This document shows, piece by piece, positions 45,796 through 55,084 of a stretch of DNA of 64,000 bases. The position numbers and the translations under genes are program-made. The notes beneath the pieces were generated by a model, which saw nothing but the letters and a program-made list of their open reading frames with translations, was not told where the DNA came from and ran no database searches. Origin of the DNA: Myxococcales bacterium (GTDB taxonomy: Bacteria > Myxococcota_A > UBA9160 > UBA4427). Location: the NCBI GenBank assembly GCA_014240165.1, contig JAAZXM010000017.1:2381-66380 (forward strand), read 5' to 3'. Position 1 is the stretch's first letter. Every line of letters starts with the position of its first letter.

Positions 45796-46100
45796 TGACC
45801 GTGTGCGACACTTTATTTCGAATCTCAGGCTCAACCGGCAAGCCCCAGAAAGGGCAGTACGAGAGGACCGGTACCTATCCCCGCGGGAGCCTGGCATCCC
45901 CGCCGACTCCGGGAGCCGGCCGGCAGATGCCAGGAGCAAGAGCGCGGCAACCGGTCAGCCTGTAGACTAATCCGACTCTCTGGGCGCAGGAATAGCCATC
46001 GCGCTTACTCGTACAATCTTACAAATCTCTGTCCATCCACTCCCGCGATTGTGCGATGATGCGGCCCTCACTTCGGGAGCTTGGAGTAAGGAATCAATTT

Positions 46101-48626
46101 ATGCAGCGGTTCGTCTTTGTGATGTTAGTCAGTTTTCTGCCCTTCTTTGTCTTGAGCTGCGACGACTCGCAGAGTCAGCCCAAGGGCTTGGTATGCGAAG
46201 ATCCGGCTTCCAAAACCCTGGTCTCTCTGGATGATCCGGAGTTTTGGGTGACCGTGGGAGACGCAGGAAACGCAGCTGATGCGCCATCGGTCTCAGGAAC
46301 CTTTCCAGTAGGCGATGTGGACTACGTCTACGACATCGCGAAGTACGAGACAACGACCGTGATGTACGCCGAGTTTCTCAACGCCATGGCGAAGACCAGT
46401 GGGGCCGGTATCTATAATCCCTCGAATCCGGTTCCCCAGATTACGCAAAGTGGACCCGATGGCGCCTACACTTACGAAGTCGCGCCAGGAGCGGAAAACA
46501 AGCCAGTTCAGAGGGTCAGTTACCTCGACGCCACGCGCTTTGTGAACTGGCTCGAGAACGGGAAACCCACCGCTCCTGATCCCAACTACATTGTCGAGCT
46601 CAGCCAATGCCCGAATGTGCTGCTGAGAAGGGTGAGATGCCGAGAAATAAAGAACTGTGGGCTGAGTGGGACCCAATCGTGTAACCCGCCGATATTTACC
46701 GACAACTGCGTGGGAGGCTGCCCAGGTGGAGTCTATACGAATGTGCCGATCCTGATCAACGGCGCCGCCACGGCCGTCGAAGCGGAGTTGCAATTCTCGA
46801 ACAGCAGACAAGATGCACTCTCGGGGATCCGGATCAGCAACCCTGGCAGCGGTGGTTATGAGTCGGGGGACACGTTGGGGATCGCAGCCGGCGCCGTATG
46901 CCCGGGGAGTACTGCCTCGGAAGTCGTGCTGGTGAGTTCTGCTGATCCGGGCTTCGAACCCGGGGCGGACGTATCCGATTTGCGAACGGCAGAAGACACC
47001 ACCATGGAGAACGGATCCGCGCCAATTTGTTCCTCTTACGTTTCGGTAAAGAAACGCTATTTCCCTGATGTGGGCCTTCGGACCCAGAGCGCCAATTTGT
47101 TTATTCCGACACTCAGTGAGTGGTACAAGGCCGCATATCAGGACAAGGATGGGGCTGAAGTCGAGACGTTTGTTCAGAGCCAGGCAGCGGACGGGGTTCC
47201 GATCGCCAGTGGCGTCGGCGACTATTGGTGGGATACCGACGATAACCCCGCCTCCTTGTACCAAGCCGCGGTCGGCGGCGCGAGTTCCATCGGGGCGGGC
47301 GCTTGGGAGAGTGGACGCTACATCAACCCTTTGCAGCTCAACTCGACTCTGTACCCTCCCAGCCCGGCGGTGCCTTCGATGGACACGGATCGCAGAGATC
47401 CGACCGGCACCGTATTCGATTCCTTCAACGCAGGGCTCCGCTCAGACACAATGACAACCGTGGGCACGGCAGCGCCCTTCGAGGTCTGGATCGGGCAGCA
47501 GTCAGATTTTGGACCCGTTAACCGGTTCGACGCGAATGGCGACCTGCTGGGCACGTTTGATGCGGGCATCTCTGTTGACGCGATGACATTTGCGGGGACC
47601 GAGGTCTGGATCGGCGAGGCGGTGGCTCCGGGACGGGTGCGCCGTTTCGATCTGACTGGGAACTTCATCGCTGAATTCAACCTGGGCATTACGGCCGACC
47701 GATCGATCGCCATGACGTATACGGGCAGCGAGGTCTGGGTTGGGCAGTCAGTGAGCGGGGGGCCGATCCGCCGTTTCGATTTGAGTGGGAATTTCCTGAG
47801 CCAGTTCAACTCGGGCTTCGGGGTGAAGTCGATGGCGTTCACGGGAACCGAAGTCGTAGTGGGTTGGGATAATCCCTTGGGGCCCATCCGGATTTACGAC
47901 CTCGCGGGAACCCAAACCGGCTCTTTCAATGCCGGCATCAAGCCGGACGCCCTGACCTTTGCCAACGGAGAGATCTGGGTCGGTAAGGTCGCCGCCCCCG
48001 GGACATTGAAGGCATTCGATCTGGCGGGAATGGAGACTTCTTCCGTGGATACGGGCTTGAAGCTCACGGCCCTGGCGGCGGTCGGGGCCGATGTCTGGTC
48101 GCCGGGTGTTCGAACCGATGTCAAGGAGTTTGATATCTGGTTCGACGCGAATGACCGAAATAAGGCCTATGAAGCGGCCAGGGACGAAGCCGCCGGTATC
48201 GGACCGGGAGAGTGGGAGCGCCAAGCGAGAGTGCCCACCGAGCACTACTGGCGCTTCCCGGTGGGCTCTGACACAAAGCCCGTCTGCTCCTGCCCAGACG
48301 AGGATGCTCTCCACCGCGCACCTGCAAACTCGGCCAATTGCGAGGATAGTGTGGGTGAGTCTGTCGATGTCGGAAGTTATCGGGATTCGGCATCGCCTTG
48401 GGGAACCCTGGACCAGGGCGGAAATCTGTACGAGTGGGCAGATGAGCGGGGAGCGATCATCGAGTGCAATGAACGGATGTTTCGTGGTGACAGCTTCAAC
48501 TTGGAGCAGCGCCCAGAACTTTCCTACTTGGAGAGTTCCAACTACTACAATAGTTGCGTTCAGAAGGGTTTCGACGTCAACGGCTTTCGGCTGATGCGGC
48601 TCTGCGCCAATCCTCCATGTAACTAA
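46101..48626 (+). CDS. Lipoprotein with an FGE-sulfatase (SUMF1/C-type-lectin-like) domain split by a Cys-rich region and a 5-6-bladed beta-propeller insert
   Basis: ATG 46101 (AAGGA upstream). Lipobox FFVLSC. The N-terminal FGE-domain half (VTVGDAGNAAD...YDIAKYETTTVMYAEFLNAM...RVSYLDATRFVNWLENG) and the C-terminal half (VGSYRDSASPWGTLDQGGNLYEWADE...FRGDSF...NGFRLMR) are separated by about 600 aa. Roughly 42-aa repeats span 47454-48110. Confidence 0.8.
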   Translation: MQRFVFVMLVSFLPFFVLSCDDSQSQPKGLVCEDPASKTLVSLDDPEFWVTVGDAGNAADAPSVSGTFPVGDVDYVYDIAKYETTTVMYAEFLNAMAKTSGAGIYNPSNPVPQITQSGPDGAYTYEVAPGAENKPVQRVSYLDATRFVNWLENGKPTAPDPNYIVELSQCPNVLLRRVRCREIKNCGLSGTQSCNPPIFTDNCVGGCPGGVYTNVPILINGAATAVEAELQFSNSRQDALSGIRISNPGSGGYESGDTLGIAAGAVCPGSTASEVVLVSSADPGFEPGADVSDLRTAEDTTMENGSAPICSSYVSVKKRYFPDVGLRTQSANLFIPTLSEWYKAAYQDKDGAEVETFVQSQAADGVPIASGVGDYWWDTDDNPASLYQAAVGGASSIGAGAWESGRYINPLQLNSTLYPPSPAVPSMDTDRRDPTGTVFDSFNAGLRSDTMTTVGTAAPFEVWIGQQSDFGPVNRFDANGDLLGTFDAGISVDAMTFAGTEVWIGEAVAPGRVRRFDLTGNFIAEFNLGITADRSIAMTYTGSEVWVGQSVSGGPIRRFDLSGNFLSQFNSGFGVKSMAFTGTEVVVGWDNPLGPIRIYDLAGTQTGSFNAGIKPDALTFANGEIWVGKVAAPGTLKAFDLAGMETSSVDTGLKLTALAAVGADVWSPGVRTDVKEFDIWFDANDRNKAYEAARDEAAGIGPGEWERQARVPTEHYWRFPVGSDTKPVCSCPDEDALHRAPANSANCEDSVGESVDVGSYRDSASPWGTLDQGGNLYEWADERGAIIECNERMFRGDSFNLEQRPELSYLESSNYYNSCVQKGFDVNGFRLMRLCANPPCN

Positions 48627-48659
48627 TTGCGTGTAACTAATTGCGTGTAACTAATTGCG
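48618..48659. repeat. Perfect 3x tandem repeat of TGTAACTAATTGCG
   Basis: Copies at 48618-48631, 48632-48645 and 48646-48659. The first copy contains the last two codons and the TAA stop of the preceding gene. Confidence 0.95.
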
Positions 48660-48818
48660 GCTCCGCGGGCGAGCCTGCGGAGAATTGGGCGATGGAGCCC
48701 AGCCTGTCGGCTGCGCGTACCCGCCTATTGTCCCCCGGCATCCTGTTGTAGACTCGTCGCGCTTTCGTGGCCACAAGGTTCACGAGCCAATCTCTAAGTG
48801 CGTGAGGGGACGGGCATC

Positions 48819-49997
48819 ATGGCTCTCGCCGATCTGAAGATATCCTTTGAGGAGCCGGAGAGATCGTTTGGGTCGGCTTCGTTGAAGCGCTCGTCATTGC
48901 GAGCGATCCCAGTTCCAGGGGCCTCGGCCCGACTGCTGGCTTTGCTCCTTGGTCTGGGGGTATGTCTCCTGGCCTGCTGGGACGAACCCGCGCCGCCCCC
49001 GGAGCCGATTCGCCCCATCAAGATCCTTAAGCTCGGTGCGGGGAGCGATTCGTTCAAGGTCGAGTACCCCGGCATCATCGAGGCGGCCCGCACCGCTCCG
49101 CTGGCCTTCGAGGTGCCGGGCCGGATCATCGAGTTTCCGGTGGTTGAGGGTGATCGTCTGGCGAAGGGCGGGCTGATCGCGCGCCTCGACCCGCGTGACT
49201 ACCAGGAGGCCCTGGCCAAGCAGGAGGCCAATGCCGAGTTCTTGAAGGCCGAGTACGAACGACGCCAGAGCCTCTTCGACCAGGGTGTCGATTCAAGGCA
49301 GATCCTCGACAAGGCAAAGCGGAACTATCAGGTTTCGTTGTCCTCGGTGGCCCAGGCCAGGAAGGCGGTGGAGGATTCGCAACTGCGCGCGCCCTTCGAT
49401 GGCATCGTGGCCGTGAAGCTCGTCAAGGATTTTCGCAACGTGCAGGCCAAGGAGCAGGTGGTGATCTTCGAGGATGATTCCTACCTGAAGATCCTCGTGT
49501 CGTTGCCCGAAGTCGACTACGCCCGCCTCAAGCCCGGCTTGACCCTGGCCGAGCGCAATGCCCGGGCCGATATCTGGGTCGAGATCACTTCGCTTCCGGG
49601 CCATCGTTTCCCGGCGCATCTCACCGAGGCGTCCAGTGCGGCGGACCCCGTCACCCGGACCTTTCGGGTGACCCTGGCCTTTGATACACCCAAGGATGTG
49701 CTCGTCACATCCGGCATGACGGCGAAGGTCATTGCCTCGGCCGAGGTCATTCGCGATGCAGGCCCCGCCGATTTCCTGATCCCCGTGCAGGCCGCGCGGG
49801 GTGACGCAGCGGGGGAAGCCTTCGTCTGGATGGTCGATCCGGAAAGCATGGCGGTGCGTCGCTCACCCGTGAAGTTGGGGGCGGTGACGGGCTCGATGGT
49901 GAGGGTGGTCGAGGGGCTCGAGGACGGGGACGAGATCGCCGTCTCCGGGGTGGGCCAACTCCGCGAGGGGATGCGGGTCACGCGCTTCGGAAGCTGA
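48819..49997 (+). CDS. RND efflux periplasmic adaptor (MFP/HlyD family) lipoprotein
   Basis: ATG 48819 (GAGGGG upstream). Lipobox LLAC. Coiled-coil hairpin and beta-barrel motifs (RLDPRDYQ...LRAPFDGIVA). Confidence 0.88.
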   Translation: MALADLKISFEEPERSFGSASLKRSSLRAIPVPGASARLLALLLGLGVCLLACWDEPAPPPEPIRPIKILKLGAGSDSFKVEYPGIIEAARTAPLAFEVPGRIIEFPVVEGDRLAKGGLIARLDPRDYQEALAKQEANAEFLKAEYERRQSLFDQGVDSRQILDKAKRNYQVSLSSVAQARKAVEDSQLRAPFDGIVAVKLVKDFRNVQAKEQVVIFEDDSYLKILVSLPEVDYARLKPGLTLAERNARADIWVEITSLPGHRFPAHLTEASSAADPVTRTFRVTLAFDTPKDVLVTSGMTAKVIASAEVIRDAGPADFLIPVQAARGDAAGEAFVWMVDPESMAVRRSPVKLGAVTGSMVRVVEGLEDGDEIAVSGVGQLREGMRVTRFGS

Positions 49998-50050
49998 AGC
50001 TTGCTTTTCCGTCCCATCAGCGAAAGAAATAGAATGGGCAGGTCACCTCG

Positions 50051-53000
50051 ATGAACTTGGCTGATTATTGGATCCAGCACCGCGTGGTGACCCTCGTCCT
50101 GGCTTTCGTCACCGTGGGCGGGGGAGTCATCGCCTTCCAGGGCATGAGCCGCCTGGAAGATCCGGAGTTCACGATCAAGGACGCTCTGGTGGTGACCCCT
50201 TACCCGGGCGCCAACGCCGAAGAGGTCGAGCAGGAAGTCAGCGACGAAATCGAATTGGCGGTGCAGAAGCTCGGCCAACTCAAGGAGATCGAATCTCGGT
50301 CGATTCCGGGTCTGTCCACTGTCACCGTCACGGTTCAGGATAAATACGACAAGACCAGCCTGCCTCAGGTCTGGGACGAATTGCGTCGCAAGGTCAACGA
50401 CGCCCAGCGCGCGCTGCCGCCGGGCGCGGGTCCGTCCCTGGTGGTCGACGATTATGGCGATGTCTACGGGGTTTTCATCGCGGTTTACGGCGGCGAGTAC
50501 AGCTACGCCGAGATCAAGCAGGTCACCGATCTGCTGCGTCGCGAGTTGATCCTTGTCCAAGACGTAGCCAAGATCGAAACTTTCGGTGAGCGCCAGGAAG
50601 CGGTTTATATCGAGCTTTCCCGCGACCGGATTTCCCAGTTGGGGATCACCCCGGCCGCCATTGCGGACAAGCTCAGACAAAAGAATTTCGTCAGCGATTC
50701 CGGCAGTGTCGAGGTGGGCCCGGAGTTCATCGCCATCCAGCCGAGCGGCGGCATCGACTCGGTGGCCGACCTGGGCGACGTGCTGATCAGCGGCGGAGCC
50801 ACGAGCCAGATCTACCTGCGCGATGTGGCGCATGTTCGCCGGGGCTATGTCGAGCCCCAGGACAAGATGATTCGCTTCGACAGCAACCCCGCCATTGGTC
50901 TGGGGATCTCCACCGTGGCCGGGGGCAATGTCGTCGTCATGGGCGAAGCCCTGGGCCGCCGCATCGACGAATTGCGTGACCAGATTCCCTTGGGCATCGA
51001 AGCGGGAATCGTTTCAATGCAGTCGACTTCCGTCGTCAAGGCGATCGATGGTTTCGTGGTCAGCCTCCTCGAGGCCGTGGTGATCGTCGTGGTCGTGCTG
51101 CTCTTCTTCATGGGGCTGCGCAGCGGACTGCTCATCGGATTCGTGCTGATGCAGACAATTCTGGCGAGCTTTCTCTTTCTGCAACCCATGGGCGTCGCCC
51201 TCGAGAGGATCTCCCTGGGAGCCCTGATCATCGCTCTGGGGATGTTGGTGGACAACGCCATCGTGATTGTCGATGGAATCCTGGTGAAACTGCAGAAGGG
51301 GATCGACCCCGAACAAGCCGCCAAGGACACAGTGGCCCAGTCTGCGATTCCGCTGCTCGGGGCGACGATCATCGCGATTCTGGCGTTTGCCGCCATCGGA
51401 ACCTCTGATGATGGGACGGGGGAATTCAGCCGCTCGCTCTATCAGGTGGTGTTGGTTTCGTTGCTGATGAGTTGGGTCTCCGCCGTGACGATCACCCCAC
51501 TGCTTTGCGTGATGTTCTTGAAAGCACCCTCGGGCGGAGAAGGGGGTGGCGATCCTTACTCGAGCCGCTTCTACACGGCTTTCAAGGGTCTTCTGCATGC
51601 CTGCATCGGCCATCGCTGGGTCAGTGTGGGCCTGGTGGCTGGTCTCTTTGGACTCGCCCTCTACGGTTTCGGAAAGATCGACTCGAGTTTCTTCCCGCCC
51701 TCGACCCGGCCGCAGTTCACCGTCGACGTCTGGCTTCCTGCCGGAACGTCCATCAACGAGACCTTGAGCCAGGTCGAGGACATCGAGGAATACCTGCAGG
51801 CGCTTCCCGAGGTGACCCATGTCTCCTCTCTGGTGGGCCAGGGAGGGCTTCGCTTCTTGCTCACCTACTCCCCCGAAAAATTGAACTCGGCATACGCGCA
51901 GATTCTGGTCGATGTCGATGACCCAGACGTGATCGGCGAACTATTGCCCCGCATTGACGCCGACATGGTAGATCTGGCGCCCGACGCGCTCGTCTATGCG
52001 GCCCGCTTCCAGTTGGGGCCCGGCAGCACCGGGAAGGTCCAGGCGAGGTTCAGCGGGTCGGATATCGACGTTCTGCGCGATCTCGCGGACCAGGCCATGG
52101 GGATTTTCGGTGACGACCCCGACGCGAAGAGCGTCCGCATCGACTGGCAGAACAAGGTCAAGCGCATCGTTCCGATGATTGTGGACGAGCCCGCCGACGC
52201 CAACGGCATCCAGCGCCCAGACGTGGCGCGGGTAATGCGTGCGGCGTTCCAAGGCGAGGCGATCGGATCGTACCGCGAACACGACCTCCTGTTGCCCATC
52301 ATCATGCGCGCGCCCGAGGCCGAGCGGAAAAACGTGTCCTCCATGAGGGACCTGCAGATATTCAGCCCCGCGGCGAACAGCATGATTCCCCTGAGACAGG
52401 TTGTGTCGGGCTTTGCCACCAGCTTCGAGGATGAGATCATCGTCCGCAGGGACCGGGTGCGCACGATCACCGTCTACTGCGACCCCATCGTGGGCCAGCC
52501 CAGTAGTCTCTTCGCCCGGCTGCGCCCCCAGGTGGAGGCAATGGAACTGCCGACGGGGTATTCCCTCGAATGGGGCGGCGAGTACGAGGATTCGGGCAAC
52601 GCCCAGGCCGCCCTGATGGGGAGCGTGCCGCTCTTCATCCTCCTCATGGTGCTGATTACCATCGTGCTCTTCAACTCGCTCAAACAGCCCCTGGTGATCT
52701 GGCTGAACGTACCCCTGGCGGTGATCGGCGTTACGGTGGGGCTCCTCGTGACGAACCAGCCCTTTGGCTTCATGTCGATTCTCGGTTTTCTGAGCTTGAT
52801 GGGGATGCTCATCAAGAACGCCATCGTACTGGTGGACCAGATTAATTTTGAACTCGCCGACGGTAAGGCAAAGCTCGCCGCCATTATCGACTCATGCGCA
52901 AGCCGCTTGCGCCCGGTAGCCATGGCAGCGGCCACCACGGCGCTGGGCATGATCCCCCTGGTGACCGACGCGTTCTTTTCCGCCATGGCGGTGACCATCA

Positions 53001-53095
53001 TCTTTGGCTTGATCTTCGCCACGGTTCTCACCATGGTGATTTTGCCCGTCTTCTATTCCATCGTATTCAACGTGAGGATGGACGAAGGAAGCTGA
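50051..53095 (+). CDS. RND efflux permease (AcrB/HAE-type, 12 TM)
   Basis: 1014 aa. Typical N-terminus NLADYWIQHRVVTLVLAFV. Two large periplasmic loops. Motifs LGALIIALGMLVDNAIVIVD and GMLIKNAIVLVD. Confidence 0.95.
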   Translation: MNLADYWIQHRVVTLVLAFVTVGGGVIAFQGMSRLEDPEFTIKDALVVTPYPGANAEEVEQEVSDEIELAVQKLGQLKEIESRSIPGLSTVTVTVQDKYDKTSLPQVWDELRRKVNDAQRALPPGAGPSLVVDDYGDVYGVFIAVYGGEYSYAEIKQVTDLLRRELILVQDVAKIETFGERQEAVYIELSRDRISQLGITPAAIADKLRQKNFVSDSGSVEVGPEFIAIQPSGGIDSVADLGDVLISGGATSQIYLRDVAHVRRGYVEPQDKMIRFDSNPAIGLGISTVAGGNVVVMGEALGRRIDELRDQIPLGIEAGIVSMQSTSVVKAIDGFVVSLLEAVVIVVVVLLFFMGLRSGLLIGFVLMQTILASFLFLQPMGVALERISLGALIIALGMLVDNAIVIVDGILVKLQKGIDPEQAAKDTVAQSAIPLLGATIIAILAFAAIGTSDDGTGEFSRSLYQVVLVSLLMSWVSAVTITPLLCVMFLKAPSGGEGGGDPYSSRFYTAFKGLLHACIGHRWVSVGLVAGLFGLALYGFGKIDSSFFPPSTRPQFTVDVWLPAGTSINETLSQVEDIEEYLQALPEVTHVSSLVGQGGLRFLLTYSPEKLNSAYAQILVDVDDPDVIGELLPRIDADMVDLAPDALVYAARFQLGPGSTGKVQARFSGSDIDVLRDLADQAMGIFGDDPDAKSVRIDWQNKVKRIVPMIVDEPADANGIQRPDVARVMRAAFQGEAIGSYREHDLLLPIIMRAPEAERKNVSSMRDLQIFSPAANSMIPLRQVVSGFATSFEDEIIVRRDRVRTITVYCDPIVGQPSSLFARLRPQVEAMELPTGYSLEWGGEYEDSGNAQAALMGSVPLFILLMVLITIVLFNSLKQPLVIWLNVPLAVIGVTVGLLVTNQPFGFMSILGFLSLMGMLIKNAIVLVDQINFELADGKAKLAAIIDSCASRLRPVAMAAATTALGMIPLVTDAFFSAMAVTIIFGLIFATVLTMVILPVFYSIVFNVRMDEGS

Positions 53096-53098
53096 ACC

Positions 53099-53749
53099 AT
53101 GCTGGATCGGTACCGCTACGCGTATCTCCTGGCGACCCTGGCTCTCCTGATCATAGGCAGGCCCTTCCTGCCAGATTTCGGCCACAACCTGATCATTGCC
53201 ATGCTGGGCCTCAGCCTGATCACTGCGGCGGTGACAAGCGCGGCGCGCCAGTACCAGGTCTGGGTGGGCATTGCGCTGACGGCGGCGATCGTTGTGGCTT
53301 CGCTGATGCCCCAGAACTCGGCCTATTTCGATCCGAACCTGGTTTCTCCAGGGCTCGGCATCGTCTACTGGGCCCTGACGGCCTTTCTGATCCTGCGCCG
53401 CATCCTGGTGCGAACCGACCGGATTACCGGCGACACCATCAACGGGGCGATCTGCGTTTATCTCCTGCTGGGGCTCATGTGGTGCCACGCGTACGCGCTG
53501 CTCGACGCCATCGAACCCGGATCGTTCCAACTCGGAGGAGTCGCCGACGCGGCCGTTGGCCACAGCTTCGAGCGCTTCATCGGCTTCAGCTTCATCACGC
53601 TCACCACCGTGGGCTACGGGAACGTCATTCCCCTGACGCCCCGGGCCGAGGCCCTGGCCATCGCCGAGGCGGTGACGGGGCAGCTCTATCTCGCGGTGCT
53701 GCTGGCGCGCTTCGTCGCCATGGAGATCGCCGGGCGAAGGGCCAGCTAG
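53099..53749 (+). CDS. Potassium-channel family protein
   Basis: Selectivity filter TLTTVGYGNV. 216 aa. The ATG is 3 nt after the RND permease stop and its RBS GAAGGAAG lies inside the permease 3' end. Confidence 0.88.
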   Translation: MLDRYRYAYLLATLALLIIGRPFLPDFGHNLIIAMLGLSLITAAVTSAARQYQVWVGIALTAAIVVASLMPQNSAYFDPNLVSPGLGIVYWALTAFLILRRILVRTDRITGDTINGAICVYLLLGLMWCHAYALLDAIEPGSFQLGGVADAAVGHSFERFIGFSFITLTTVGYGNVIPLTPRAEALAIAEAVTGQLYLAVLLARFVAMEIAGRRAS

Positions 53750-53771
53750 GCGGCCCATCTTCCGGCTTCGG

Positions 53772-54482
53772 CTAGCCCTGCCAGCGGGCGGCGAAGAGCG
53801 TGTCCTCTTTGTCGACGTCGATGAGGTCGTTCCACCAGCGGACCACTTCGACCTCGATCGGGCCGAACACCGACCTCAGGGTGGCCTCGAAGCGGGGGTT
53901 CGGATCCGTGGACCAGACCGCGAGAACGCCGCCCGGGTTGAGGTGCTGGGCCACGGCGCGCAGGCCGGCGTCGGTGTAGAACGCGGCGCTCGAATCATCC
54001 AGGGGCTCGTCCGGCGCGTGATCCACGTCGATGAGAATGATGTCCGTCTTCGGGTTGGGGGCTTGGCCCGGCGCACCCAGGAGCCGGGCATAGACATCCC
54101 CCTGAACCACCTCGAAGCGTGAATCCGCAGCAAGGGCTTCGCCCGTGGGCAGCCAACCCTTGTCGAGCCAGGCCATGACAGGCTCGAGCAGTTCCACCAC
54201 CTCGACCCGCGCCGTTCGGGGCGAAGCCAAGGCGGCGTGGGCGGTGTATCCGAGCCCGAGACCCCCCACCAGGACAGAGAGCCCTTCGCCCGGGTGCATC
54301 TCCAGGGCGAACTCGGCCAGGCGGCGCTCGGACTCGGTGTGGTAGCTGCTCATCAGAAAGCCCTGATCGAGGGTGACCTCGGTGATGATGATGCCCGGGC
54401 GCGAGACGAGTTCGCGCCGGCGCAGGCAGAGTTCGCCCAGCGCGGTGTCCTGCAGGTCGAGTACTTCGAAGAGCGGGGCCAC
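53772..54482 (-). CDS. Spermidine-synthase-like SAM-dependent transferase
   Basis: Probable GTG start at 54482 (AAGGAG 6 nt upstream; VAPLFEVLDLQDTALGELCLRRR). Motifs VLVGGLGLGYT, VEVVELLEPV and IILIDVDHAPD. The track ORF is over-extended to 54608. Confidence 0.75.
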   Translation of the reverse strand: MAPLFEVLDLQDTALGELCLRRRELVSRPGIIITEVTLDQGFLMSSYHTESERRLAEFALEMHPGEGLSVLVGGLGLGYTAHAALASPRTARVEVVELLEPVMAWLDKGWLPTGEALAADSRFEVVQGDVYARLLGAPGQAPNPKTDIILIDVDHAPDEPLDDSSAAFYTDAGLRAVAQHLNPGGVLAVWSTDPNPRFEATLRSVFGPIEVEVVRWWNDLIDVDKEDTLFAARWQG

Positions 54483-54617
54483 GAAAATCTCCTTGAGGGC
54501 CCGAGTATAGAGTGAGGCGGGCAACCAGGGGCGGGGAGAATGCCCTTCATCCCCTATGCTGCTTTTTCCGCCGCCGGGCGATTCTCGCTTTCGGTTCGCT
54601 TCATTCAAGGATCGTCA

Positions 54618-55072
54618 TGATCGAGATCTTCATCGACGCCGATGCCTGCCCCGTGAAGGACGAGGTCTACGCCGTCGCCGCGCGCCTGGGCCTCCCGGTG
54701 GTTGTCGTCGCCAACCAGAAAATCAACGTACCCCGGGAAGTGGGGGTTGAGATGGTGGTGGTGGCCGAGGGCCCGGACGCCGCCGACGACTGGATCGTCG
54801 ACCAGATTCGCCCGGGAGATATCGTGATCACCGCCGACATCCCCCTGGCCCAGCGCTGCCTGGAAAAGGGCGCCCACGCCCTGGGGACCCACGGGCGCGA
54901 GTTCACGCCGGATTCCATCGGCAGCGCCCTGGCGACCCGGGAGATCAAGGCCTCGATTCGCGAAACCGGCGCCCCCACCGGTGGCCCGCCGCCGCTCACG
55001 GCCCGGGAGCGTTCGCGTTTTTCGGGTGCCCTGGATGCCATCGCGCAAAGAGCCCTGCGCGAAGCCCGCTAG
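54618..55072 (+). CDS. yaiI: YaiI/YqxD (UPF0178, DUF188) family protein
   Basis: Start MIEIFIDADACPVKDEVY at 54618 (AAGGA upstream). About 150 aa. Confidence 0.85.
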
Positions 55073-55084
55073 GCCCTGCGCGTT

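Noticed and set aside
46101-48626. FGE-domain protein as maturase of the sulfatase at 28747-30156
   Set aside because: The sulfatase-fold protein lacks the CxPxR formylglycine motif (Thr at the nucleophile position). The genes are 16 kb apart on different strands. The FGE-like domain is interrupted and lipoprotein-anchored.
48618-48659. CRISPR-like array (also considered for 23241-23285)
   Set aside because: The units are only 12-14 nt and directly abutting or separated by 2-4 nt, with no unique spacers of about 30 nt and no cas genes. These are simple tandem or direct repeats.
46101-48700. Diversity-generating retroelement target (FGE/CLec-fold C-terminus plus nearby repeats)
   Set aside because: DGR variable proteins often end in this fold. 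However, I find no second copy (template repeat) of the C-terminal coding region, no reverse transcriptase gene nearby, and the downstream repeats are simple 14-mers rather than a TR/IMH pair.
49517-50833. 438-aa minus-strand ORF
   Set aside because: It spans the end of the adaptor gene and the start of the RND permease on the opposite strand. Both of those have strong family signatures, and this translation is low-complexity.
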